Below, piece after piece: positions 41,051-53,630 of a DNA stretch of 64,000 nt (within the stretch, counting starts at the first letter, position 1; each line of letters opens with the position of its first letter). Origin of the DNA: Cirrosporium novae-zelandiae (lineage: Eukaryota); the NCBI GenBank assembly GCA_026023565.1, contig JAPETS010000015.1, positions 62,001 through 126,000 on the forward strand. The letters run 5' to 3'. Made by a program: the position numbers and the translations under genes. The notes beneath the pieces are model-generated. The model did not search any database. It had not been told where the DNA came from and saw only the letters and a program-made list of their open reading frames with translations.

Positions 41051-41554
41051 ACAAAGGAAGGAAGGCTAAGGAGTTATTAAGAGAGTTTGGATGTAAAGGT
41101 GCTTGGTGCTGTATACTATAGAAATATACCGGGCTAGTATTTGCCACGGTTAAACAGAAAAGTGAATGGTGGAAAGGACGAGGAAAGGTGTGTGAGGATG
41201 GCAATTAACTAATAGTCCCTAATATCATAGTTAACTACGTTAAATACAAATCTAAATAATAGCCTCTTTGCGTTTTTTTTGTCAGGTGCCGTCTACCTAC
41301 TTGCCATTCATTCTTTGAATTTGCCTGCTCAACCTTATCTTTCGTATGCTCGGGACAGTCATTTGCAAGATTCCTCGAGAATTCACTGCCTACATTACCC
41401 TAACCTGTCACTTAAAGGGGTATTTGCCATTCCCATAATTCTTTCATCATGAATACCAGTCGAATGCCTATCAAGGCGGGCTCCTTACTGAGCTTCCCTA
41501 TACAGCATCCATTGATGGCTGTAGTTAGCACTCTTTTTTTCATTTCCAAAACTA

Positions 41555-42674
41555 CTATCGATTTGTGAACACGAGAGCCCTGATTTCTATGCTCTCTCTT
41601 GGGGGGGCGTGTAGAGGAACATCGGGCAAAATAAAAGAAGCATGAGGACAGCCTATTCAGATATCAGTATGATAACAAGAGAAATAAAGCCGGTATTATT
41701 CTCGCGCTCTTACACTTGGCTTTGCGATGATTATCAGAATCGAATATCTTGAGCAAGATAGCTTCTTCTGGTCGCTGATCTCGAAGATAATACCATTTGT
41801 ACTCTTTGCTGGGGAGCATCCAAGTGGTTTCACCCCGGTAATCACGGGTAATGAAGTCTGCAAAAACACAATCACGCCTAGCCACTGTACTACCATCACA
41901 AAGTGCCAGAGGTGCGTCTACAATCGTATGGTAGAGGGGTCTCCAAAAGCTACCCAGACGTCAGAAGGGGAAAACAGAACCCTTGCGGGGTATAATCACT
42001 AACTTGATGATCCTTACTCGCCCTTTAAGAAGCTCGTCGGCCTCAGATCCTAAGTGATGGCGTACTCTACGTGCTGTTCCTAGCGGGCTTTGGTCTAAGT
42101 TTCATCAACAAGATAAAGACTCTAGAAGTGATGAAGGATTCAAGACATACCAATGTGTGCTTTCATCGCAGGGGCATATGGCTGAGTGCCATCTCTGAGA
42201 TTCTGATTTAGAGGGGCTGTAACAGATTCATTACGCCGCAACTACAACCCATCAGACGAGCCGTCTTATTGCTCCAGCAACGATGTACCTTACATGCCAA
42301 TCAAAAATGAACATTCTGTCAACTTCATCCAAATTATTTTTTAGCAACGGCTTAACGATTTCTGGTATGTATTGACCTTCAACTTGCTCTCGGTCGTAAA
42401 AGGCCGAGAAGTCAGTATTCGTGTTGCGAAAACAAAAGCCGTGACTGTCGAGTTGAAATAACGACTCTTCACCACGAACATCACTGACGAGTTCCTCTTG
42501 TTCCCTTATCTGAAATTCCAAGTTTGTCATATTCTCGCCTTCCCTAGAAGCCCCCGACAACAATTCGTAGGGTTTCTCTTTCTCATACTTGTCCAACCAT
42601 TTCAAATATGTGAATGCCGCCTTGACATCCTTCTTCGCCATTTTCTGGCCGTCTTTGCTTCGAACGAGGTCCAT
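41555..42674 (-). CDS. AsaB/CmcJ-like non-heme iron hydroxylase/desaturase, 5 exons
   Basis: YEKEKPY, TNLEF, DVRG..FQLDSHGF, FIFDW.LR, AHID (HxD across a splice), RVRIINFWRPL, PLALCDGST, KWYYL.DQ.PEE..LLKIFDS, CPHASF, RESIEIRALVF. Start at 42,674 or 42,641. Confidence 0.88.
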
Positions 42675-43082
42675 CAGTTGCTTTAAGTGCTTTCAAGAAT
42701 CAACCAATATCCATAATCCCCCACGGCTAAATTCTAGATGACCTTGGGTTCAAATGTACTGGATCTTCGCGTTCGGGTGCCCATGTACCGTATATGCATG
42801 TGTCACAGCCTAATTGGAAATAAATACGTCAGTATGCAGCCATGAGGTATTATTGCTGCCGACCCTCCACGAGCTCAATTCAGACCAGGATTACGTGGAG
42901 TATTGGAGAGATGAGGGGGAATGATACAATGAGGCTTATTTCTTATCAGTGGCCTTGAAGATATAAGGTAGGATAGGTATCGAACCCCAAGTATAGAGTA
43001 GTACGGCTATACAACCTTTAATAATAAAATCTTCTTCTGGTTTATATTACTTTATAATCCTTCGATTCCTTGTCCTTTTAAA

Positions 43083-43301
43083 ATGTCCACCAATCAAGCC
43101 CAGATCCCCAATAAGGTCCAAACTGAAGATACAGCAGAAAGCTGGGCTGCGGCACTGGAAAATTCCAACTCCGATGACGCCCGCGATCATCCCTGGACAA
43201 AACATGTGAAATCTCCAGCTGAGGTGGAAAAGGAAAACCATCAGGAGGAAACCATTCATATGGACAACAAAGGCGGAGGTGGTGGCACTGTTGCCGGATA
43301 G
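43083..43301 (+). CDS. 72-aa acidic peptide ending in KGGGGGTVAG
   Basis: AAAATGTCC start context, pyrimidine-rich leader, TATA-like ATATAA near 42,961, coding-like composition against AT-richer flanks. No known family recognised. Confidence 0.6.
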   Translation: MSTNQAQIPNKVQTEDTAESWAAALENSNSDDARDHPWTKHVKSPAEVEKENHQEETIHMDNKGGGGGTVAG

Positions 43302-43762
43302 CGGACCGACATGCAAATTGTGATTTCTCCGCAAATATACATTGTCTCTAATAACGATATAGTAGGCAATCCACGGTCACTTCTACCTGAGATGAAATGG
43401 TTAGCGATTACGGATGATTGTCTTGACGTCTCTACATTGAAATTGAGGAGAAATATGAGAATGCTTTGACCCTCATGACAAATGAGGTATAACGATGGAT
43501 ATTTTTAAGGTATTTCTAGAGTTGCCGTAAGAGAGTCAAATCTCACAATGCAATTCTATACATCTGACCTTGTATTTGATTACCTCCTCGCTTCTGAGAG
43601 CATCCCTCCAGTCCTTGAAATAGTAAAAGTCGTTTGCTTCAAATAGCCCCTGCATTATGAATTCATTAGAACAACGCCCTCGGCGAGCACTGTCCATTAT
43701 AATGAAAAGAGAAACGATTGCGGTGCTACGTTCACCACCTTGTATTGCTCAACCGATTTTGG

Positions 43763-45607
43763 TCAATTTTTGTCCAGCATGATTAGCGTATGCATTGTAG
43801 CATAAATTTGGGAACGATCCACTAGACGACATAGTAAGCGACGGAGTATTTGAATTTTCAATTTTGGGATTAACATTACAGTCAATATACTATTTGCCCC
43901 AGAATTCTTCTGTTTATGGAAAAATTCAACAAGTTCCGAATTTGGATCCCATGCCCACTGTAATCCCTCTACTGGACCATCTTTCCTGGCCTTAAATTTG
44001 ATCAAATAATATCGAGATTGATAATCTGCGATATACCGACCTCGTTTTGCAGCTTCATTGTATGTCATAAGCCAAGAGAACGTATTATACTGATAGTGTT
44101 GAAGGTTATACACCTCGTCTGGTAGGCCCTGGAAGGACATGCCGAGGCCGCCATTGTGTTTGAAAATGTTAATCGAGAAGTTCTTGGTGGAATTTAGATA
44201 CTGTCCTGCATACTCTGAAAGTCGTCTATGACTTGTCCCTGGTATTCGCTCCTTGTCTAATTCTAGCTTAAGAGCTTCCATGTGGTGGAGGGTTCTCCAG
44301 GAAAATTCGGTTGCAAGTGCAACATAGTCATTTTTCACGGTCATGTCACACACATGCTGGAGCAAAAGCTGACCAACAAAATCTGCAGTATCATTAGGAG
44401 CAAGAGAATTCATCAAAACCACCACAGCTGTCTCTGTCTCTAGAGACATGTACACGCAAGTAGTACTACCGGGCATGCTGCCGTTGTGATAGATAATAAG
44501 CTGAGAATCCGAAAATCCGCCAACGATAGGCTCCCCTCCAATGAGTGGGTTGTTTGAAATTAGTCCAAGCTGCCCTGGAAGTTGGGTTCGAGCCCATCCA
44601 GCAGCATAACCATGTTCGTGAAGAAAGGGTCCCGGAAACCTAGCATGATTGCTCAATAGCGTGCGGCAGTGTTTAAAGATCGAATCTGGCATAGAATCTT
44701 TACGGCATTTGAACTGTTCCACTGACGCATGCATGAAGGCTTTGTACAAGCATAGGAGATCATCCAAAGTACTCTTCACCCCCCCGGCAGCTTCCATAAT
44801 TGTGCCCCTTCTGATCTGTGGTCGGCGAATCTCGAAGGGAGACAAGTCGTCTAGTACAACGTATGACCTAGCTTGGTTGGTATCTTCAGCGTCCCATTCA
44901 CAGCTTGTTCTTGTCATTCCTAAGGGCTTAAAAATTCTATCGCGAAGCAGTTTAGAGAGTTCGGTGCCTGTGACCTTTTCCAGGACCATTCCAATAATAT
45001 CATAACCAAAGTTGTTGTACAAGAAAGATGTACGAAATGGTAGCCAAGGCCGTAAGGAATAAAAAGCGCTGAGACTTTGGCCTCTATCAATGAGCAACGT
45101 GTTATGGGCAGATAGCCAAATTGCGTCGAAATTGGAGATGCCTGTACGATGTGAGAGCAGGTCCATAATAGTGGTATTCTCTTGGACTTCATTGTCGCAA
45201 CTGCTAAATTCGGGAAGCACGGACTTTATTGGCGTGTGAAATTCCAGCTTTCCCTCATCCACCATTATTCCGACAAGCATTGAAACAATAGCTTTGGTCA
45301 TTGAGTTGATTGAATATCTTGTCTTGCCATCTGGCATTAGCTTCGAGGAGACGTCACGATATCCAAAGTTTGCGGCAAATACGGTATCTCCATGATGCAT
45401 AACGCCGAGGGTGCAGTCTGGGGCACCAGAAACAGTGAGTATTTCGGTGATTGTATGCCTCAAGGCATTGAGACGTTGTCTTGTAGATTCATGATTATTG
45501 GTAGCAGTCCTGGGAACATTTCATGAGTACCGTTTTGTAAAGAGACGCTACAGCTTCATCAAAGGGCCAAATGAAAACTTGGAATTATAAAAGGAAACAT
45601 CATACAT
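43763..45607 (-). CDS. Serine beta-lactamase-like hydrolase (peptidase S12/AmpC-like) with DUF3471-like C-terminal domain
   Basis: SMTK (SxxK), DLLSHRTG, FLYNN (YxN), IFKPLGMTRT, YHNGS (HxG), LSEYAGQYLN. Start inferred across a 96-nt intron (45,605-45,510). Confidence 0.9.
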
Positions 45608-46545
45608 GATAAAGAGACCTGTTTAACTTTATCAACCTGTGAAGGAGAGGAAAATGTAAATTTTTAGAGCCCATTAAGATACAGAATCTCTAGGGAACAT
45701 GATGGCAGACTTGAGGCAGAGAGATATGAAACCGAGCTGCATTGGGCCTTGGACGGGATAAATATTAATTACTTCGGGTTCTCGCTGAAAGAACGGGCTG
45801 GAGTGCAAGTGTGACCAACAACTTAAGCATGCCTTAGATTCTGAAGTATTTATGTATATACCCCGAAGGCACGTAGGAAGACACATAAGCTATTCTTTAT
45901 TTGAGGTTTAATCCTAAGTAGCTCGGCTTCATCGTTGGATGATGTTTACCCCGAAGATATAGTCCCTTTGTCTTAGGAATAGCCTCGTTATTTATGCAGA
46001 GTCTTCTTGCATAATTAAATTACCGTAACATCAACTTCTCGGGTATTCATAAACATCCTCCCTGACTGGAACAACATCAAAGGACATCCATACCTCTTGT
46101 TTATAGACGTGGGATAATATAACTGGTTTTCTATTGCTACTTTTTACCGATGCTTTTGGTAGGCACGGCACGATTGTTCGCTTTGGGCTTCCCCTCGAGA
46201 CGGGCGTATGACAAGCATTAAACCAAAGAAACCTGATCCTCGCACACCCTCTCATGTCCAATATTATTTTCTAACCAGTACTTTCCATCTCTTGATTTGG
46301 CCATCAATGAGGCTTCAGTTCACTGTCCATCTTGAATGCCCTTTTGATATGTAATCCATAGCCTCATATTGAAAATATGTCATTCTATGTTGCCCAGAAT
46401 AATGAGAACTACCAAGGGTATCATGTTGGTATCTTGGCTTTTGCTAGCTTTGGGATGCATTTATATCCAAAATCAGTGACCCCTTTAATTGACGTTCTTT
46501 GTTGTTGCAGCAGCAAGACCAATATATCCGACATGTGAATTGGAA

Positions 46546-49500
46546 ATGGCACCCAATTCAAGCTTGCATAGTAACCCAGAAGATATTTGGAACCAAATGC
46601 TTTGCAATTATCGACACAGGCTTAAAGGAAAACGGTATGCTGATCTACTTAAACAACTCGAGTACACATCATTTCATAGTTTGTTGGAGATGACAAGCCA
46701 AAAAAACGACAGTGAAAGAGTAACACGAACTATTCGTTCTCTCACTCCGGCCCTCGTTCACTTAGACACGTTCTCAATAGCCATTTCGGATGCGGTGCAA
46801 GGCTGTCCAGATCCAGTTTCGTTTCTTTGGGGATTTATTAGGGCGATGCTTATCGTAAGTCCCTGCGATCGTTATTCACGATAAATAACTAAAAGCTGGG
46901 AATCCTATTAGCTTTGCCCTATTCTTTCCAATTTGAGGCATAGGACACTGAATGGGATACCGTGTTTACTAATAACTATGATTCAATAGTGCGCTCACGA
47001 GTACGGGTCAATCCTAGAGACCATCCGAGACATGCTTCGTGATATTACCCTTACTATGACCAAATTTAATCGTTACATCGAGCTTCTACCAATGAGCCCA
47101 AATCTTCATGAGTATCTAAGACTTCTATATGATGACTATGTGTGCTTTTGTATTGATGCAATAAAATTTTTACGACGAAAACCTATTCGTGGGCCATTCC
47201 TCCCTTGAACTTGTGATGTTCATTATTCGATTGACTAAATTACAGTCTCTTTAATCTCGACGCCATTTAGTACGATAAAATATGTTTTTGAATCTAGGAA
47301 AGGGTCTATAATAAGACACGTGAAGGAATTTGAGGATGAGACTCGTATTACAATTGATGAAGTGGTGGTGGGGCGTCTTAGAGACATCCACGAAAGGCTC
47401 CCTATGCAACTTGCCAAGGATGTTGAAGAAAGATTGTATGAAGTTCCGTTTTCACGCAATGCATTTTTTACCGGTCGTGATAGTGATCTCGAAAACCTTC
47501 ACTTCAAGTTAAGTCATTCTCAGTTCAAAGGGGCCGAGAGCCTCAAAACCTGTCTTATACATAGCATGGGCGGAGTTGGGAAGACACAGATGGCCTTGGA
47601 ATATTCCTATAGATATCGAGACTGGTATGATTACATATTCTGGCTCGCGGCAGAAAATGGCCCTCAGTTGGCCCAGAATTTTGCGAACATTGCGACTTTG
47701 CTCCAGGAAAAGCTATTACTGAGAATAGCGTCAGATTCTCCAAGCCCGGCTCAGGGAATTCAGGCCGTGAGGCGTTGGCTTGAACGAACCAAAAAACACT
47801 GGCTATTGATCTATGACAATGTAGAAAGCTGGACAGATATTACTCCTTACTGGCCATGCAGTACTCATGGGGCTATCATTCTAACTAGCCAACATTCACA
47901 TCTAGCCCAAGTGACGGGAGGCTCGGAAATTTCTCTTACGCCTCTACCAGCGAATGAGGGTGCTGTACTTCTTTTAAGACATCTCCGACGCTTCGTGAGT
48001 GATAATGCATCCATTAAGGACATGGCTGAAGCCAAAGGGATTTCAATCATCCTGGGCGGCTTGCCAATTGCTATATCTCACATGGCAGGATATATCGACA
48101 TGTCACAGTTGTCGTTGCCGGAATTCTCGACCATGTATGAGAAGCGCGAACAGACGCAGAGGATCTGGTCCTGTAATCACATGAACGCAACATATCAATA
48201 TGACAAGCGACTAGAAACCGTGTGGGATATTGCAATGAAAGAGCTATCAAACGATGCCCTTGATATTATTTACCTGCTAGCTATGCTCAATCCAGACCTG
48301 ATCCAAGAAGATCTATTATTTGACTCGTCCGAAGATAACTCCTCGATCAAAGGGTATGTATCTAACATGTCCGTTTGTTCTTTACCCTAAAGCCGCCATC
48401 GGCTAACATGAAATAAGGAGATATTATGACATAATTGCCAGCTTAGGAGATCGCCAACTCGTAAAACGAGCATCCACTCCCTCTGGGACCTTCCTATCGA
48501 TTCATCGAGCTCTTCAGCTAAATATTCTCCACAAGCTCGACCAGAACCTAGAAACGCGGCAAATTATTTTCGAAAGGGCATTACGGCTTGTTCGTAGGGG
48601 TTTCCCAAGACAATCTGCTATCCAAGTCCCGTCAAACGAAAACTGGCAAACAAACGAGTTCTACCTTCCGCATGTTCTAAGCTTGAAGCTATTCTTCGAA
48701 CGATCCTCTCCTCCTGTGAAAGCTACAATGGTCTTGGCAGAACTACTAGGAGATGTTGGAAACTACATGTGGGAGCGGGCTTTCTACAAGCAAGGCCTAG
48801 AAACTCTCGAATTAGCAGAAAGGATCTGTGAAAACCTATCCTCAGCGGAGGATGTGATGGAACAATCCATGATCTTCACAATCATCGGCGTTCTGAGCGA
48901 AGAAGTCGGTATAAGTGGTAGACAGAAAGGGTTAAATCGGTGCACGAAATCACTAGTATTTAGAAGACACCACGTGGAATCCAATGAATCTGCCGGCCCC
49001 GAGGAAAGGGTCCTCCTCTCAAATGCATGGAATGATGTTGCATGCGGACTGATCGAACATGAGAGCTACGACCAAGCCGAAGCCTACATTCAAAGGTCGC
49101 TGGCCGTCAAAAACGAAATCCCCATGGTTGAGGATGGCGTTGCATACTTCTGCTATGCTGAAAACTACAAAAACCTTTCCATAATCCGTCGCGCCCAGAA
49201 TCGGTTATCCGAAGCCGTTGAAATTTCAGCTCAAGCCGTTCGCCTGATTGAAGATGGTACTGGCACCGAATGTGCCTCCGTCTGGGCACTGCGACACCAT
49301 AAAGCATGCGCAATCTTCCAAAACGGCGATATTGAAGGTGCACTGAAACTTCATGAACAAGTTCTGAAAGGGAGGATGGAAATTTTTGGTGAGCATCAGG
49401 TTCACACCCTCAATAGTGCATATGCGTGCGCGGTGGCGTATCAGACTTTAGGAAATTTCATCAAGGCATCGTTAGTCTATCTACCCTCACCTGTCACGTT

Positions 49501-49888
49501 CAAAACTACTCGAGAAGAATTCTACTGAAATCACCTTAGGAGTTTACTGCTGGAATGTCTTGCAGCAAGCACAGAAGCGGAATGGCCTGAAGAGTGTGTG
49601 GCTAGAGCGAAGTATCGTTTGGCACAAGTGATGCGCCTACAATACGGCGGCTCCTCTAAAATTGAGGCCGATGAGCTGCAGGCGCAAGCACGAGCCCTCC
49701 GAGAGAAATTGGATCCGGGAAACTTTTATTACTATCAAAATATTCACAGCGAAACAGACTTGTCTCCCAAGTTTGAGATGGCGTTGTTTGATCACTTAGT
49801 CTCGTTTGAAGCTGGCCGAACTTTCGTTGGTCAGATCAAGGCTTCTGCTCCTCTTTCAATAGTGGAGGATGCGCTGCCGCCGTTGTGA
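46546..49888 (+). CDS. Fungal NLR-like STAND protein: helical N-terminal domain + NB-ARC + TPR repeats, 5 exons
   Basis: N-terminal LDTFSIAISDAVQ..PDPVSFLWG (Goodbye/DUF7708-like), VPFSRNAFFTGRD, HSMGGVGKTQMALEY (Walker A), WLLIYDNVE (Walker B), IILTSQ, LGGLPIAI (GLPL), TPR-like C-terminal helices. Canonical introns near 46,855-46,989, 47,190-47,245, 48,354-48,417 and 49,471-49,539. Confidence 0.9.
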
Positions 49889-50706
49889 TTACGGTCTATT
49901 GTCTAGCAATGGAAAATGTGCGATAGAGTTTAGGATAAGTCGATGATACCCTAGGAATTTATGGTTTTTATTTTTCACATTCAAATGGTTGGGGTTGAGT
50001 ACGTCATTGTATCGGCATTTACCCCGACCCACCAAAATGGTATTGTGAAGATAATGGTTTATGCTTATCGAACTTACATAGACTAGACATTTTTTATTAT
50101 TAGAATTAGCCTAGGTGGAGAGTTGGGTCTTGTACGAATGATCCATTGCACGCATACGTGATTTTCTCTCTTTCTAGCTGTTGAAAGGAACTATAAACTA
50201 TCGCTTGCTGGCTAACTATGAGAAAGTGTGCGCATTCGATATTCCGTTCCATGCTTTCTCTGAAGTGGCATGATCATGATTGAATGCTAACTTCCATCAT
50301 ACAGCAAAGATGCCGCTGTATTCTTTTAGCGAGGAGCTATATCAGGGAACAATCCATCCAACCTCTCATAGAACACTGTATAGAATTCGAAGTGTGGCAT
50401 TTAAAACTTCTGAAACCGAAACAGAGAAAGGAATAAAGCGAGATAGAGAAAAAGCGATATAGAATGGAAGAAAAACAGACACGTGGGATATCTTCCATCA
50501 TCAAACCAATTCATCGCCGATCAATACTAATCAGCCAGCCATCCGTACACCTGCTTTTTGGGCACCGTAGAAAAGTAAAAGCGAGCAAACTGAAACGAAT
50601 CCATTCCATTCATTTATTGTTACGTCCATCGGACATGTAGAAAAACTCCGATATCCAGGTAAAAACTCCTTGAATGGCTTTCGAGAACTTTATTTTTATG
50701 TCGCAC

Positions 50707-53630
50707 TCAAGCACCAGGCGCAGCAGCTGGAGGGTTATTAGCTTGTGCTCTGGACTGAAGCGTCTGCAAAAGCAAGCCATAGTCATTCAAGGTATTGGGC
50801 TCACTTTCCACGACAGACTTGAGTAAAGTAAACTCATTGATGCCTAGACCTGGCGTCTGAAGTAAAAGTTCCTGTATTGCAGGTGATTGGGCTAATTGAC
50901 CAAGGACAATAGTTGCGGCTTGAGCGCCTTTAGGTGCTGACTGAGGTACCGCCATTCCCTGAGATTGTTGGGCCTGAGATGGATAAGGTGGCTGGTGATA
51001 AGCATTCTGCATTGGTGTTATTGGAGTGACCGGAGAAGCGAAATGTGGTCCTGATGGGACAGAAGTCATTGAAACCGGAGAGGCTGCGGCAGTTTGATTT
51101 GCCATTGCAGGCGCAGTGGAAAGTGGGAGATGGGGCGCAATACCATATGCTTGGGGTGCTGCTGGGCCAGTGGTAGCCGTATTGACAATTTGATTATTTT
51201 CCGTAATGTCATGATTAACCGGCATATTTCGAGCAAATGGGATCTTAGTGATCAAGATGATAAGGAGGAGTGGTTCTGGACGAGGGTCATCAAGATACAT
51301 GTCGATGAGCAAATCCATGAAATCTGGCTTTTGGTCACTTCCAGCGGCAAGGGGCACGATGTAGGTGTCGACAACAGCGGGATCAGAATTTGTAGAAACA
51401 ACACCATAGCGTTTGCGATCAGTGAAGTATTTCGACAGTGTATCGAAACAACGTCTTGCTTGCGGGTTTTCAGGGGGGCTAATAGCTAATACAGAAAGAT
51501 CCTGGCTTTTGGAGTATCTGAGGCCGCAGAGATAAGCATTAGCCTGTTCAAGGCCTATACGCCCGTCAACATGTAAAGTTTCTGGGATAACGCGAGACCA
51601 TGGAATGCGACTGCTGATGTCGCCACCAGCAACATGTTTCGCCGAAGACTGGAATTCAACCCCATTCAAAGTGATTTTTCCATGCCAGACAATGTCTGGG
51701 TTTGAACTGTAGTCGACTGGAGAATACGGTGGGGATTCCATGTCGATATCTTCTTTAGCGAGCAATCGATCAATCTCAGCATCAGCTTGAACATTCCGAG
51801 TTTGTGTGGTAGGACCAGCAGAGGCAGGCTGCTGCTGACGTTGGCGGTCATGGTCCGGTGAATGTACACTAGACCACACATCCTGGATATTGAAGTTAGC
51901 CGTCGACGATTTTCGGTGACCAGTGGTCTGTGGGGCATTTTTTGTGTCGATCGATAATGGTCCTCGAGGGCCGCCGAACATTGATGACTCAGGAAGTTCA
52001 ACTTTCGGAGACCCGCGAGGACTCGAATGAGGGCTTGTAGCAGAAGGGGCGGAGGTCGTAGTATCGGCATTATGTCGTGCTGGTTCAGGGATATTATAAT
52101 TGGTTTCAGCGCCAGATAACTGAGAATCACCGGCATCACCCACTAATTCTTCACCTTTGTGAGTTCGGCGTATTCGAGGTCCATCTTCCTTAACGAGAAC
52201 GTGTTGCTTTTCCATTTCTTTCTTGGTTTCGGCAATCTGCTGCTGGAGTTCCTCACTAGCCATATCCTCAGATTTCATCATTGAGATCGCATCTGGAGTA
52301 AGATTTCCTGAAAGCAGGCGATTACGGAGAACAGGGTTCCTTTTTACATTGTAGAGGATGGTACGAAGTTGATCACTATAAGAGCGCGATGGTGGTCCAG
52401 TGCCATTACAATGGTTCATGTACATAGACCACTCTACAACAAGTCCAAGTCGTTGTCCAATGGAAGCTGCGGTAGCTCCCTCCGGAAGGGAAAAGGCACC
52501 TTCTTTTTGGGCGTTGGTGGTGGCTTGAATAAAAAGATTGATTAGAGGCACCGCGGCCTTCTTCCTTGATTCGTGCTGGAGTTCATCTGGGCTGTTTACA
52601 AGCTCAATCTGGCTAAGGCCATCTTTCGCTTGCGGGGTTGAGAGAGCTGGAGCCATTGGTTTAGCAGGAGCTTTACTTGGTGTTTTGCTCGATTTATGTT
52701 GGGCTGCCTTTTCGGCTAGTTTAGAAGGAGTCGCATGCTGACTAGAAACGCGCCGTACCTTCGGTTTAGGCTTGATACCAAGTTAGTACAGATAGATGTG
52801 ATAAATAATACATAAATAAACATACTTGTTCTGGCTCTTGGCTGACAGCCGCTGGTTCGCTTTGCTTGCGCTTCTGTCCACCAGTATTTTTCGAGGCGGC
52901 ACGCCCATTTTGGGCACCACTGGCTTCTCCATTACGATCATGAGCCGAGGTAGTAGACCTGCCACGATGAATTTCTTCACTTGTAGCCTCAGACTTAGCA
53001 TCACTTTGTCTGGCTTTCTTGCTACGACGTCCCCCCTTCTTGCGATGGGTCTTGCGTTTCTCTTTGCGGAGTCTAGCTGTTTCTTCCCATGGCTTTTCGC
53101 CTCTCTTTATTTTGTCTAGAAGATCTTGGTGATCTTGAGGATGGCACTGCTCACAGTAGTATTTTTCGGGTAAGTTATCCTCATCTTCTGTGATCTCCAT
53201 ACAATCGTTGTGTTGCCAAGCACCACATTCTTCACAGCAGATAAATTTTCTGCCCTCGTCATCTTCATCTTCTTCGTTGATGCCACAAACGCAGCGAATC
53301 TCTTCACCAGCACCTTCCTCCTCCTCCTCGGGAGTCTGTTCTTTATGGGCTTGCTTTCTAGCTTTAGATTTCGAGGCTGTTTTGCGCGTAGGAATCTCAT
53401 CAATATCAAAATTTTTTGTATGTTGGCCTTTAGTAGCGCGGCCGGAACGCCGGGGTTCTTCTGTAAGACGAAAGTAGTCAGTAATGTGAGGTGAAGTGAA
53501 GTAATATGAAAGAAGTAATGAAATTGGGGTGCGCATCGCCACGGAGACGACAACAACGGCAACGGCAACATAAGGTGGTGTTGCAACAGGATTATATGGC
53601 TTTAAGGCCTTTTTGGCACTTACCAGTCAT
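50707..53630 (-). CDS. BYE1: Transcription factor BYE1 homologue (PHD + TFIIS central + SPOC), 3 exons
   Basis: PHD CVCG..ICCEECGAWQHNDC..YYCEQC; TFIIS-M Y..QLRTILYNVKRNP.L; RIRRTHKGEE; SPOC VWHG..KHVAG..VDGRI..YFTDRKRYGV. Exon 1 is ATGACTG followed by gtaagt at 53,630-53,624. Confidence 0.92.

Noticed and set aside
43763..43910. Extra C-terminal domain on the beta-lactamase-like protein
   Set aside because: The last ~45 residues look like non-conserved read-through or an unrecognised intron; no motif support.
40500..50000. Starship or other large mobile element carrying the NLR block
   Set aside because: No DUF3435 tyrosine-recombinase captain, terminal repeats or target duplication seen.
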